From the NCBI RefSeq assembly GCF_963921235.1, contig NC_086116.1, positions 23,870,001-23,934,000 on the forward strand: a DNA stretch of 64,000 bases, given 5' to 3'. Below are positions 37,791-49,801 of this stretch, one piece after another. A program made the position numbers and the translations under genes. This DNA is from Mobula hypostoma. Lineage: Eukaryota. How positions within the stretch are numbered: position 1 is the stretch's first letter; each line of letters starts with the position of its first letter. The notes under the pieces are model-generated. The model saw only the letters and a program-made list of their open reading frames with translations, had not been told where the DNA came from and ran no database searches.

Positions 37791-38674
37791 CAACTATTTA
37801 CTTTATGTTCTCTGAGCTGTTGATGCCCAGGAACTTGAAGTTATTCACTCGTTCCTCTACTGAACTCTCAATGAGGAGTGGTGTATGTTCTCCCCTTCTT
37901 GAAATCCAAATCAATTCCTTAGTCTTACTGACATTGAGCACAAGGTTGTTGCTGCAATAGCACTCAAACAGCCAATCTATCTCACTCTGTATTCTACCTC
38001 ATTGCCATCTGAGATTCTGCCAACAATAGTGGTGTCACTGGCCATTTGACTTGTGCCTACTCCCAGTCATGGGCATAGACAGAACAGAGCTGTGGGCCAA
38101 ATATGCATCCTTGAAGTTCACCTGTGTTATCTACCAGCGCAGAGATGTTATTCCCAGTCAGTGCTGACTGCGGTCTCCTGCTGAGGAAGTCAAGGGCTTT
38201 CCTTTTTTCAAAACGAACAATTAGCATGATTAAAACTACAATAATTTCCTAATAAATGGAACCTCTGTGTCTGTGAAATGATATACAATCACATGCTGTT
38301 CAAAATACTATTCCTGTGAATTTCCCTATGCTATTTCATAAGTAGCTTCTTGACTTCTGAACTGAAGTAAATGGATACAACAGTAAGCATAACTTTTATC
38401 CAAGCATGTTATAAAGTAACATAAATACATAATGAAGCTCGGTGTACTCCAGTGACATGGATGGCTGTGACAATGGCTCTTCATTTGCATCCTCTGACCA
38501 GCATGCTGGTGATACTAAATCTGAATAGCTACCACTGTTACAAAAGTGATCAATGTTAGGTTGGACATAATGTTAGTTGAGAGAACTATTTCAGTATATT
38601 ATGTTAGGATAACTTAGAAGCACATTTGTTGTTTCTCATATCTTACATCTAGAGAATAACAGAAAAGCTTGTAC

Positions 38675-38814
38675 CTGCACATGAAGCTCTTTATCTAGTT
38701 GACTGATTCCTTGAGAAAGTTTTGCCAACTGTTCAACAATCACCGCTTGATGAATTGATTGAGCTGTGTATGTCTTGACATCAAATTCTTCTTTCAAAAA
38801 GTCTGCATAGCATT
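38675..38814 (-). CDS. COG5: COG5 coding exon 2 ([47 protein letters not shown])
   Basis: 140 nt, AG/GT boundaries; near-identical to the vertebrate COG5 N-terminal domain. Confidence 0.96.
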
Positions 38815-40459
38815 CTAAAATGAAAAGTTGAAGCACTGTTTTCTTTCATTGCCAATAAAATAGAAGTCCACTGATATCATTAGAACAAACCCACCTTCCT
38901 CCATCTATTTCACCACACCCTTCCTTGCTGGGAAAAATAATACTTCTATAAAATACACAATTATTCACTCTGTAATCAATTAGGTAGTTTTGTTTATTTT
39001 TAAAAAAGAAAGAAGACAATAATCTAAAGTAAGAGGAATAGTTTTTTGGTCCCTTGAGCCTGCTCCAAGTCAGTAATATCATGGCACCAATATGTGGTGA
39101 TTCTAAGTGCCGCTCGGATGGGATTCATCAAATATCCCCGTTAAGGACCACTAAAGCTGAAACCCAGTCACAGTTATGGGTACTTCAGTAAGAAGCATCA
39201 TTTTAAGACGTTTACAAAACTCTATCGATACTCAAAATTGGACTGCACGCTTGGGTTGCGACTTCAGTTCCACCTTAAGAAAATGGAAATATGGAGGCCG
39301 AGCTGGTCTGCAAGCACGATTGAAACATGAAGGCCTTTGTCCTCCACTCCCAACTATCTTGCTGGTGCATATACAGTCTCTAGAACATAAAACTGAAGAC
39401 CTCACAGCAAGATTGCTGTTCTAGAGGTACATCAGGGACTGCTGTGTACTTTGCTTTATGGAAACAGGCTGCCCCCTGTCATTTCTGATACAGTGTGCAA
39501 CTCGATGGCGACACCATTCACTGCAAAAACACGACAGCTGACTTTTAAAGGTAGAAGAGTATGCCTTAAGATTAACATTATGCTGCACAATTTTGGCAGC
39601 TCTGTCTTATATAGTGGTCAAATGTTCTTTTTAATATGCCAAGGGAGTTTTCCGCCATCATCCTGGTAGCGGTGTACATGCCACCTCAAGCCAACGTCAG
39701 CAGGCACTGGAGCAGCTGAGCACTGTAATCAGTTGGCATGAAGCAGTACACTCTGATGCTTTTCCTATCATCATGGAGTGTTAAACCAGGTCAGCTTGAA
39801 ATCTCGGAACAACCATCACCAGCATATCACCAGTGGAACTAGAGGAGCCAACACACTTGACCACTGTTACACCACCATAGAGAACACTTACTGTACCATT
39901 CCACACACCCATACACTGAAAAGTCTGATCACTTGGCTGTACTCCTACTCCCAGTGTATAAGGCACAGAATAAAGACCGCAGAACCAGTGGTTAAGACCA
40001 AGAAGATATGGTCAAGAGGGGCAGAGGAGCAATTATAGGACTGCTCTGAGTCGGACTGGACAATATTCCAGGATTAATCTTCAAATCTGAGTGAATATAC
40101 TGCAGTTGTCATCGACTTAATTAAGACCAGTGTGGATGAGTGCGGGTCTTCGAGAACATACTCATACTGGTGATCCTGAACAATACAAGAAGTCCAGGTA
40201 CGACCTAGGGTAGGCTATTTTAAGAGCAATGAAACAATTCCAGTTGAGGTTAGAGATGGAATCGGATGCACATCAGCTCTGGCAGGGGTTGTAGGCCATT
40301 ATTACCTACAAAGCGAAACCTAACATCATGAATGGCTGTGATGCTTCAATCCCAGATGAGCTCAATGTTTTTTTTTGCACACTTTGAAATGGAGAATAAA
40401 ACCAGACCTGTATGAATCCCTGCAGGGTCTGGTGACCCTGTGATCTCTGTTTCGGAGGC

Positions 40460-41013
40460 TGTTATAGAGTGAATTTCTTTGGGTGATGATTTGTTTACAC
40501 TTAAATGACTTTGGCCACCAGACTTCTATTTTAACTGGTTGACAAAGGACTGTGGATTGAGTCCACCACAATGGCCTTCCTAAAAGGTGTGAATACCAGA
40601 TGCCTCGGGCGCCGTAGTTTGATTTGATGCTGTAGTTTTGAAGACAGTATTATCTATCATTATAAATATTAATTGTCTTCTATGTTAGCATGGGAAATGC
40701 CAAATAAATGTACCATAGACATAACTTACATTCCTAAAGGCTGTGGATACCAACTCAGACGTTGGCGTCGGAAGGAAAGGATGGTGTGATATTTTGTATG
40801 TAGCTTCAATAGGAAGCACTGTCTATAACTTTTTAAGTAGCGATTGCCTTTGTGTTTAGCATATAAATATCAAGCCCACATTGAGCTAGCAGACCTTTCT
40901 GCGGAAAGCGTCTCCTTCCATAAAATGCCTGCTGTACCTTGTGTCGCATAAAGAAGCTGCTTTCTATCTACCAGTGACTCTGTCTCTCCGGTAATTTCAT
41001 CCATGCTACAACA
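40460..41013 (+). repeat. 5' LTR
   Basis: TGTTA...ACAACA; TATA-like ATATAAATA at ~40861; homologous to 46716-47262. Confidence 0.93.
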
Positions 41014-41015
41014 TT

Positions 41016-41033
41016 TGGTATCAGAAGTGGGAT
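41016..41033 (+). promoter_or_regulatory. Primer binding site, tRNA-Leu
   Basis: TGGTATCAGAAGTGGGAT, 2 nt after the LTR; one mismatch to the complement of the vertebrate tRNA-Leu 3' end (TGGTGTCAGAAGTGGGAT). Confidence 0.85.
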
Positions 41034-41330
41034 ACCTTCATGACCCGTCGTGTGGCCAGCGTTCCTAACAGTCTTAAATTGGTGAGTATTTTTCTAAAAT
41101 AACACTCACACTTGGATCTGTTCGGTCGGTGGACACACGGGAACATGAGGTATCACGAACGTGGAGAACTGAACTGGTAGATATAAAAGTAGTGTGTGCG
41201 TGTGCATGTGTGTTTATGTACGTGAGGAATCTTTGCATGTTAACTTGGTTAACTTGGTGAGACTTGGACCACCAGTTGCAAAAGGTGGTAACCAATGGTA
41301 CGGTTCGAAACGCCAGAGTAGAAGCGTGTA

Positions 41331-42821
41331 CAGGTGTCCCCCGCTTTTCGAACGTTCACTTTACAAAACCTCACTGTTACAAAAGACCTACATTAGTTCC
41401 CTGTTTTCACTAACAGAAGGTGTTTTCACTGTTACGAAAAAAGGCAGCGCGCGAAAAAAAATATCAGTGCACGCCCTGAGCAGCTGCTCTCCCCCGGATT
41501 CGAAACAGCATTCTCGCTGGCATTGCTTAAACACGTGCCTGTGAGCAGCCATTTGCAAGATGAGTTGTAAGCCTAAAAGAGCTTGTAAAGGTGTTACATT
41601 TAGCGTAAAACTAGACATAATTAAGCGTTTCGATCATGGTGAACGAAGTAAGGACAAAGTGAGTTTGGCTTGTGGAAGTTGACGAAGATGATGTTGAAGA
41701 GGTTTTGGCATCCCATGACCAAGAACTGATAGATGAAGAGCTGATGCAATTGGAAGAGGAAAGGATAACAATCGAAACCGAATGAGTAGTTACAAAGAAC
41801 TGTATGATAGAAAAATGCGTGAGGCTCAGCAGTCAAGCATACCGTACTGTCGTTTTTCAAGCCTTCCACATCAGACGATGAACCTCGACCTTCGACATCA
41901 TGGCAGGAAGAGACAGAAGAAGATAACCTGCCTGCCCTAATGGAAACAGACGATGATGAGATGACACTCCAGTGTCCCACAACTCCAAACCCCAGGCCGC
42001 GGACAGATATTGATTCGCGGAGAATGCAGCGGTAGCCGGGAGGCACTCAGCACATCTCTAAGAAAAAAACCAAACTAAACATGCTAATTAATTAGGTGCC
42101 GCCCGGCACGTAATTGTCAGCCCAGATCAGAGGCGATGCAATCGGCAATCGCCTCTGATCTGGGCCGACAATTACGTGCCGGGAGGCACCTAATTAATTA
42201 GCATGTTTATTTCGGCTTTTTTCTTTAAAGATGTGCTGAGTGCCTCCCGGCTACCGCTGTACCCTTGCATGCTTCGCTGATTGGTATTGATTCGCTGCCC
42301 GGAGGGTGGGGGCCACTGCACCACCCCAACCTCCAACAACTCAGCCTAACACACCATCATCAGTGTGCTCGGTGCTGTCTTCCCGATTCCGGTAAGTGAT
42401 ACTACACTGTACATGCATTATTTCTACTTTATAAAGGCTGTGTATTTTTACGTGTTATTTGGTATGATTTGGCAGCTTCACAGTTTAAAGGTTACTGGAG
42501 AGCGCTTGCGCCGTGTTTTTGCCGAGAGCACTTGCGTGAGATTTTCGCTATGGAGAACAGTTCAGGCAGTGATTGTGGAAAAGTATTTCTACTTTATATA
42601 GGCCGTGTATTTATCATATCATTCCTGCTTTTACTATATGTTACTGTTATTTTAGGTTTTATGTGTTATTTGGCATGATTTGGTAGGTTATTTTTGGGTC
42701 TGTGAACGCTCACAAAATTTTCCCATATAAATAAATGGTAATTGCTTCTTCGCTTTACGATATTCCGGCTTACGAACCTTTTCAAGGGAACGCTCTACCT
42801 TCGGATGGCAGGGGAAACCTG
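41331..42821 (+). mobile_element. Internally deleted Tigger/pogo element, copy 1, inside the provirus leader
   Basis: TA|CAGGTGTCCCCCGC...GGGGAAACCTG termini; retains the CENP-B-type HTH start (KGVTFSVKLDIIKRFDHGERSKD) and the acidic Tigger C-terminal block (EVDEDDVEEVLASHDQELIDEELMQLEE); homologous to 57144-58477. Confidence 0.88.
42027..42259. mobile_element. ~230-bp fold-back MITE nested in Tigger copy 1
   Basis: CAGCGGTAGCCGGGAGGCAC...GTGCCTCCCGGCTACCGCTG with ~110-bp near-perfect arms. Confidence 0.9.
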
Positions 42822-43050
42822 AATACTCGTTCGGGAAGCTGTATTTTAGTGATGTGTTTGCAAGTGTGACACAAGAGAATACAGCGGGCATCATGGGTTC
42901 AGGTACTCAAAAGTGGCAGATTGTGGAATACGTACTCTGCAGTTTAAGTTTGTACTGTTTAACTGCTACCCGTCTATGATATTTTGCGTGGTGTGGGAAT
43001 TAGTATGGAGCTATCTCAGGGGGAGGTTTTACCCAGAGAGATCAACTGGA

Positions 43051-44540
43051 ATGGCACCTATTGAGGTCTGGCAACGTCAGGTTCAGAACCCTGATGATCC
43101 GAGCCAGCCCTTGACCTTGATTATGACTACTCACAAGCCCCGGGAAGAAACAGAGCCTTTTGTCCGAGTTGCCCTCACTTAAAGTTGCCTATGGGAATTC
43201 AGCGTTCTGGTGCAAACTCGAAGAAATGGTTGAAATTCACCAGATGCACCCTAAAGATATACATCTGTTAGTGAAGGCCAAGTGCCCAAGGAATATGTGG
43301 GACAGAATGGCCCAGGGGATGCGGGATGGTACATGGACAACTACCGGGAGCGCCAGTAATGAAGAAAGATATCGCTCTTTTAAAGGGGAAGTGAGGCCGT
43401 GGCTGGGGGGAGGTGAGAGTAGCTGGGGAACGATAATGGCAGTGATTCAAAAAACTGATGAGACAGCCATGGATTATGCAGAGCATAAATATCGAGCATA
43501 TGAGGAGTATTCCAGGTTGGGAAATCCAGGGAGGGACGACCCAGTCTTCCTAAAAATGCTGAAGGAAGGCTTGAGCTCAGCCCACCAGGAAGTTTTAGAT
43601 TTAGGTATAACGGTAGGGTCCACCTACTCTGCGATAGTTTTGTGGGCCAGTGAGACAGACCAAAGAAAAGGCAAGAGAAATTGTAAAGTGGGTATAGTAG
43701 ATGCAGCTGCTGTGATGTCCCGGAAAGTTTGTTTTGCTTGCCAGCAGCCAGGGCACCCAGCAAAGGACTACCATACCACGTATAAGGCAGTGAAGGAGTT
43801 GATATGCTACAGCTGTGGCCTATCAGGACATGGTTGGAGACAGTGTCCAAAAGGCAGGGGGAAAACCCAGGCGAAAGTCACAGCAGACACCCAGTCACTC
43901 ACCCCATCAGCAACCAGTCTGACTGTTGATCAGATAAAAGAGTTAATAACGGTGCCTCTTAAAGCAGAAAAAGATGTGGCAGCGGGCTCCACTGGCAGCA
44001 CTGGTGATTCACAGATGTACACAATGGCATTGTTAAGGGGACGGCAATGCGATATGTTAGTGGACATGGGCATCGGTATCGATAACAGACTCACCCTTAC
44101 CAACAACCGGACAGGCCAGTTATATCAGGGGTATAGGTGGGAAAACAGTAAAAGCAAAAAGAAGTGAATCGCAGATACTAGAAATCGGGGGAGTGCAGCT
44201 TCCAGTGTATTTCTGGGTATGTCCAAACAATGAGGGCACGATCCTTGGAATAGACATCCTAAGGGAAGCAGGAGCTGTTACAGATTCAGGAAAGGCAGAA
44301 ATAATATAGACGAGTCAGGGGCAGCGAACGCATACAACCAACAGAATACACAACCTGCCGAGCATAGGCGCAGCTGCCCCGATCATTAGAGACTGGAGCC
44401 AGGATGGTGTCTATGGGTTACCTTGTCACCCGTACCTAGCTGTGTGGGCTAGAGACAAGCAAGATTGTGAGCAGGTAGAGATAGACCCAGTTAAAATAGA
44501 GGAGGGTCTGTATAAACCACCTAAGCAGGACTCTACACAA
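43051..44540 (+). pseudogene. gag (two CCHC knuckles) + aspartic protease + extreme RT N-terminus, frameshifted
   Basis: CFACQQPGHPAKDY and CYSCGLSGHGWRQC; LVD(M)GASVS..IRGIGG..GTILGIDIL protease; AVWARDKQDC..IDPVKI, after which RT similarity stops; start codon uncertain. Confidence 0.85.
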
Positions 44541-44767
44541 ACTGACACACTGACCGCTGTTCAGGGTATAGGGAAGGAACAAAAACACCAGGGAGACTGT
44601 GGCCACTCCAGAACATAAAGTTTTCCTAGTTCCTCCGAGGGCAGACATTACTGCAAATAAGGAAGCAGGGGAACAAGAGGCAATTAAAATTGCAAGTGTG
44701 CAGAGGAAATGACAGAAGCCAGCTTAGTAAAATTATATGAAGAGGTAGAGGCAGAAGAGAAGGAAAA

Positions 44768-46065
44768 ATGGAGGAGAAAAGGAGCAAAGGAGGGATCAGA
44801 TGGATGCTAGACATAGACGGGGAGGAAAGAGTCACGGTGGCCCCACCCTGTATTAGACAGATACTACTAAAGTTATATCATGGAGCAATGTATCAGGGAA
44901 GGCAGAGCATGATCACAACCCTCTGGCAGGACTGGTGGTGGCCAGCGATGGGCGGGGATGTTGAGAAATTCTGCCACCGTTGTATCATTTGTGCCCAGCA
45001 TAACCCTAGTAAGGGCAGAAAGCTACAGCTGGCAAATCAGCCTTGGCCGAGGGGACCCTGGGAAAACATCCAGATAGACTTCACAGGGTCCCTGCCAAAA
45101 AGCAGGGGGAAATGTTACTGTCTAGTAATCATGGATTACTTCACTCGGTGGGTAGAGGCTTTCCCAACAAGGGACTGCATCTCCTGCACCGCTGCATGGA
45201 TCCTAGTTCAGGAAATCCTCCCAAGGTGGGGAACCCCAGTTCAGGTGGCTTCAGATCAGGGAGCACATTTCACGGGGCAAGTGATAAAGGAAGTGTGCCA
45301 ACTACTAGGGATTTGACAACGGTTCCATGTACCCTACCACCCCCAGTTCAGGGATGGTAGAAAGGATGAAGCGAACAATCAAGAATGCATTAGCCAAAGC
45401 TATAGCTGAGACAGGAAAGACATGGGTGGATGTATTACCAGGAATCTTGATGAGATTGCGCGCAACCCCAAACTGCACTTTGGGTCTCAGCCCCTAAGAA
45501 TTATTGATGGGGTGAGCAATGTGACTCCCTTATGGGGTAATTACGGGTTGCGGGGAGCCTGGGGCTTACAGGGATAGAATGACCCAATATGTGAATGACC
45601 TTTGTAACCAACTTAAGGTATTAAAGAACTGAGCGAAACAACAACAGGGAATCACTGATCAGAAAGAGCCAGAGGGAAAGGGGATAGTTCTTCCACAGCC
45701 CGGCGACCATGTTATTGTGAGGGTGCTGCCAGAAAGGCCGGGGTTTGCCCCCAGGTGGATAGGACCACAGACGGTACTCTTAACCATGATACGTGTGTCT
45801 GCGTATAGACTCGGCGAGGCAGCCAGTGGAAACACTGGACTCAGGTTAAAGCATACAACTCACTCTCTTGTTGCTCCCACAGACAGAGTGGGGAACCAAG
45901 TGTACAGAGTAACCATGTAATTACAGAGAACCTAAGAGAGGAACACCAGCCGGCCATGCCAGACCTGACCACAGCTGATGAAAACATACCCGGAGAAAAT
46001 GCAAGGGCAGAAAACGCTGACAGCATGGCAGAAGACACTGAGAACGTGTTGGAAAACCATGAATA
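44768..46065 (+). pseudogene. Retroviral-type integrase with acidic C-terminal tail, disrupted
   Basis: WWWP..DVEKFCHRCIICAQHN, IQIDFTG, MDYFTRWVEAFPT, SDQGAHFTG, HVPYHPQ..GMVERMKRTIK, PRWIGP, WKHWTQVK. Confidence 0.9.
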
Positions 46066-46703
46066 GCCTGCTAAAGTGTGATGATGATGGTACTCTATAA
46101 AGAAGGCTGGTTGCTGAAGGTAGATGATTAATTTTATAGCATAGTATAGAAATTATTTGGGAAATAGACGGGGAGGGATTTTTGAGCTAAAGCAGAGATG
46201 GCAAGTTCCACCACTTCGAAGGCATTTCAGACTGCACACAGCATCTGAAAGCAGTCACCCCGAGTCTGGGGAGCTTGGCCCTTTTCAGCAGTTGAGCCAG
46301 TGATCAACGGAACAGTTCGGAAGGGGGTGCCACCAGGGAGAGAGGTCCTTGCAGACATTTACATAGAGGCCACCCCAACCCCTTCCTGTACATTGATGAG
46401 AGAGCCTGTCGGTGATCCTGGAAGGAGAGTTTCAGCGACCAGAGGATAAAGGGCTGAAGACAAAGGAATGTGATTAAGATGCAGTCAGCCTGCAGGAACA
46501 TGAAAGGAACTGCATTACTAAAGACTTGGAACAGCCTCTCTGCTTAACATTTGGTAGGTAACGAATAGGTAATGCTAGAATAGATATCGAGGTACATAAA
46601 ATTGGGGGGAATTTTGAGACAGGGCATTTTTGCTGCCCTATTTGATCAGATCCTCCTAGGTTGGCCTTTCCTGATACAAATTTAATTTTTGTCCAGGAAG
46701 GCC

Positions 46704-46715
46704 AAGAGGAGGGAC
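46704..46715 (+). promoter_or_regulatory. Polypurine tract
   Basis: AAGAGGAGGGAC immediately before the 3' LTR. Confidence 0.8.
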
Positions 46716-47262
46716 TGTTAGAGTGAATTTTTTTGGGTAGATGATTTGTTTACACTTTTTGGCCACCCAACTTCTATTTTAACTGTTTGACAAAGGGCTG
46801 TGGATTGAGTCCACCACAATGGGCTTCCTAAAAGGTGTGAATACCAGATGCCTCGGGCGCCGTAGTTTGACTTGATGCTGTAGTTTCAAAGACAGTATTA
46901 TCCATACATTATAAATATTAATTGTCTTCTATGTTAGCACGGGAAATGCCAAATAAATGTACCATAGACTTAACTTACATTCCGAAAGGCTGTGGATACC
47001 AACCCAGACATGTTGGTGTCGGAAGGATGGTGTGATATTTTGTATGTAGCTTCAATAGGAAGCATTGTCTATAACTTTTTAAGCAGCGATTGCCTTTGTG
47101 TTTAGCATATAAATATCGAGCCCACATTGAGCTAGCAGACCTTTCTGCGGAAAGCGTCTCCGTCCGTAAGATGTCTGCTGTATCTTGTTGTGTCAAATAA
47201 AGAAGCTGCTTTGTATCTACCAGTGACTCTGTCTCTCCAGTAATTTCATCCATGCTACAACA
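46716..47262 (+). repeat. 3' LTR
   Basis: TGTTAGAG...ACAACA; AATAAA at ~47196; roughly 25-30 substitutions plus several indels versus the 5' LTR by eye. Confidence 0.93.
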
Positions 47263-49743
47263 GAGGTCAACATCAGAACATCTTTAAAGAAGGTGAACCA
47301 TCTCAAGGCATTAGGCCCTGATGATTTACCTGGTAGGGCACTGAAAATCTGTGCCATCCAACAGGTGGAAGTGTTCAAAGACATCTTCAATCTCTCACTG
47401 CTGCTGTCGGAGATTCCCACCTATTTCAAAAGGGTAACTATCATACCAGTGCCTAAGAAGAGCAGGGTGAGCCATCTCAATGACTATCGTCCAGAGGCAC
47501 TCACATCTACTGCGATGAGGTACTTTGAGAGGTTGGTCATGGCTAGAACCAACTCTTGTCTAAGCAAGGACCTGAATCTGCTGCAATACATCTAAAGCAG
47601 ATGCAATCTCACTGGCTCTCCATTCGGTCTAGGATTACCTGGATAATAGTAATACATACATCAGGCTGCTGCTTATTGACTATAGCTCAGCATTCAACAC
47701 AATCATACCCTCGGTTCTAATCAACAAGCTCCAAAACCTGGTCCTCTATACCTCCCTCTGCAACTTGATTCCTTGACTTCCTCACTGGGATATCACAGTC
47801 AGTGCATATTGGAAATAATATCTCTCCCTTGCTGACAATCAACATTGGCGCATCTCAAGGATGCATGCTTAGCCCACCGCTCCACTTCTCTACACCTACA
47901 ACTGTGTGGCTAGGCACAGCTCAAACACCATCTATAAATTTGCCGATGACCCAACAATTGTTGGCAGAATTTGAAATGGTGATGAGGAGCCATACAAGAG
48001 AGAGAAAGATCAGAGAGTTTTGTGAGAACAACAACCTTGAAATCAGTGAAGGGTACACACATCAGTCCTCATCAAGGGATCAGCAGTGGAAAGGAGTTTG
48101 AGATGACTTGGTACGACCAAATTTCTACATCTACTGTGGACAACATTCAAATTGGTTGTATCACCATCTGGTATGGAGTGGCCATTGCACAACATTAGAA
48201 AAAGCTGCAGAAAGTTGCAAACTCAACCAGTTCCATCATGGACACTATCCTCCGCACCATCCAGGACACCTTCAAAAGGCGATGCATCGAAAAAGCAGCA
48301 TCCCTCATTAAGGACCCCCATCACTCGCGATATGGCCTCTTATCATTACTAGCATCAAGGTAGTGGTACAAGAGACAGAAGACACATACTCAATGTTTCA
48401 GTAACAGGTTCTTTCCCTCAGTCATCAGATTTCTGAATGGACAATGAATCCATGAACACTACCTCATTATTTTCCCCCTCTTATTTTAAACTACTTAATA
48501 TAATTTTTAAAATATATATTATCGTAATTTATTTTTTAATATCCCTACATTTTCCACACATTCAGCTCTTAAATACCTCTATAGTATTTGCTTCCACCAC
48601 CATCCCTAGCAGCTCATTTCCAGGTACCCACCACTCTGTAAAAACTTTTCCCGACATATCTTTGAAGTTACCCCTCTCACCTTAAATGCTTGCTACTGTC
48701 TGAAATGCATGTGTTTGGATATAGTTGCAGGAAAACTCACGTAGTTTGCATTTATACTTACTAATACTAGGCTGCTTTTCTGACTTGCTGGGCATTTCCT
48801 ACATCTCTGCATTTCACAGTTTGTACATGTTCTTTTGTATTCTTTTTATCTTCCCTCATCTGTTTATCATCAAGTTACTCAGCAAGAATTTACCCCAGAG
48901 TAAATTTCACCTCATCCTATTGGGCATATTCATTTTCTCCAATCTGTCCCTTCCCAAATTCTTTTTCAATTTAAAACGAACTTGACTTGTTTCTACCAAT
49001 TCTGACAAAAGATCTTCAATCTGGAAGATTAATCCTTATTTTTCTTTTAAGGAATGCTGTCTGATCTGCTGAGTCTTTCCCACAATTCCTGTTTATATAT
49101 ATATTGTGGATTTCCAAATATCTCAGCTTTTGATTCTCCCTATTCCAGATGAAACACAAAATTCCTTCAGAGGCACAAATCATTGAAACACCACCAGCTT
49201 TACAGATTTGATTAGTTAATAACTTAAAATAATCAAACTTTAAAATGTGAGTTCATTTTGCTACGCATAGCTTCATTTTGTTATTGATGTTTACCTTACA
49301 TTTTCTAAAAGATTTGCCTAGCTTTGCATTGGGTAGACTATCCCTATAGCTGTAAGATCAAGTGACAGCTCTAAGGATGGATTTCTCTCCAATTCAGAAC
49401 CTGCCAGCGCTGGTTGTCTAACAGATGTTAAAATGTTCATAGTTAAAGGTAGTCTCGACATCTCAACTCCAGCAAAGAGAAATGGCACACCGTATGTGCA
49501 ACTCCAAATTCAATTTATTTACACTTATTTCCACAACCAGCTCTAATTCATAGCATCAAGATCAATGGAAATAAAATCATGAGTAGTCAAAAACACAAGA
49601 GTTGATTTTTCTCCAATGACGGATGGAAAATCAGGCGAACTTCAGGAGAAATAAGATATGCTAAAACAGTTCTCGCTGCCCTCAACTGTCTTTCATTAGC
49701 GGCTTTAAATGAACACAATCCCGATCGACCACCAGCCCCTTAC

Positions 49744-49801
49744 CATCCAAAAGCAGCTCTTTCACCGAGTCTTGCCCCAGAGCGGCTCCATTTCCGTCCA
49801 T
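49744..49801 (-). CDS. COG5: COG5 coding exon 1 (MDGNGAALGQDSVKELLLD)
   Basis: ATG at 49801, donor G|GTAAG; 58 nt in phase with exon 2; VKELLLD aligns with VRELLQD of mammalian COG5; in CpG-rich region. Confidence 0.9.

Larger units (their letters stand above)
40460..47262 (+). mobile_element. Endogenous retrovirus-like LTR element; RT deleted, no env; antisense to COG5
   Basis: Paired LTRs TG...CA, 5-bp TSD GAGGC (40455-40459) / GAGGT (47263-47267), PBS, PPT, gag-pro and integrase remnants. Confidence 0.93.
39170..48520 (+). mobile_element. Rex1/Babar LINE (parts ~39170-40459 and 47263-~48520) split by the provirus
   Basis: PLPTILL..QSLE.K, TRGANTLDHCYT, then after the provirus KALGPDDLPGRALK..F.DIFNLSL..TIIPVPKK..LNDYRP.ALTS; sequence continues across the provirus TSD. 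Confidence 0.85.

Noticed and set aside
41621-42046. Similar minus-strand ORFs here and at 57227-57696 suggesting a gene family
   Set aside because: Antisense readings of the two Tigger-derivative copies
42892-42980. MGSGTQK as a myristoylated gag start
   Set aside because: Stops after ~29 codons and cannot be linked to the gag frame without a consensus
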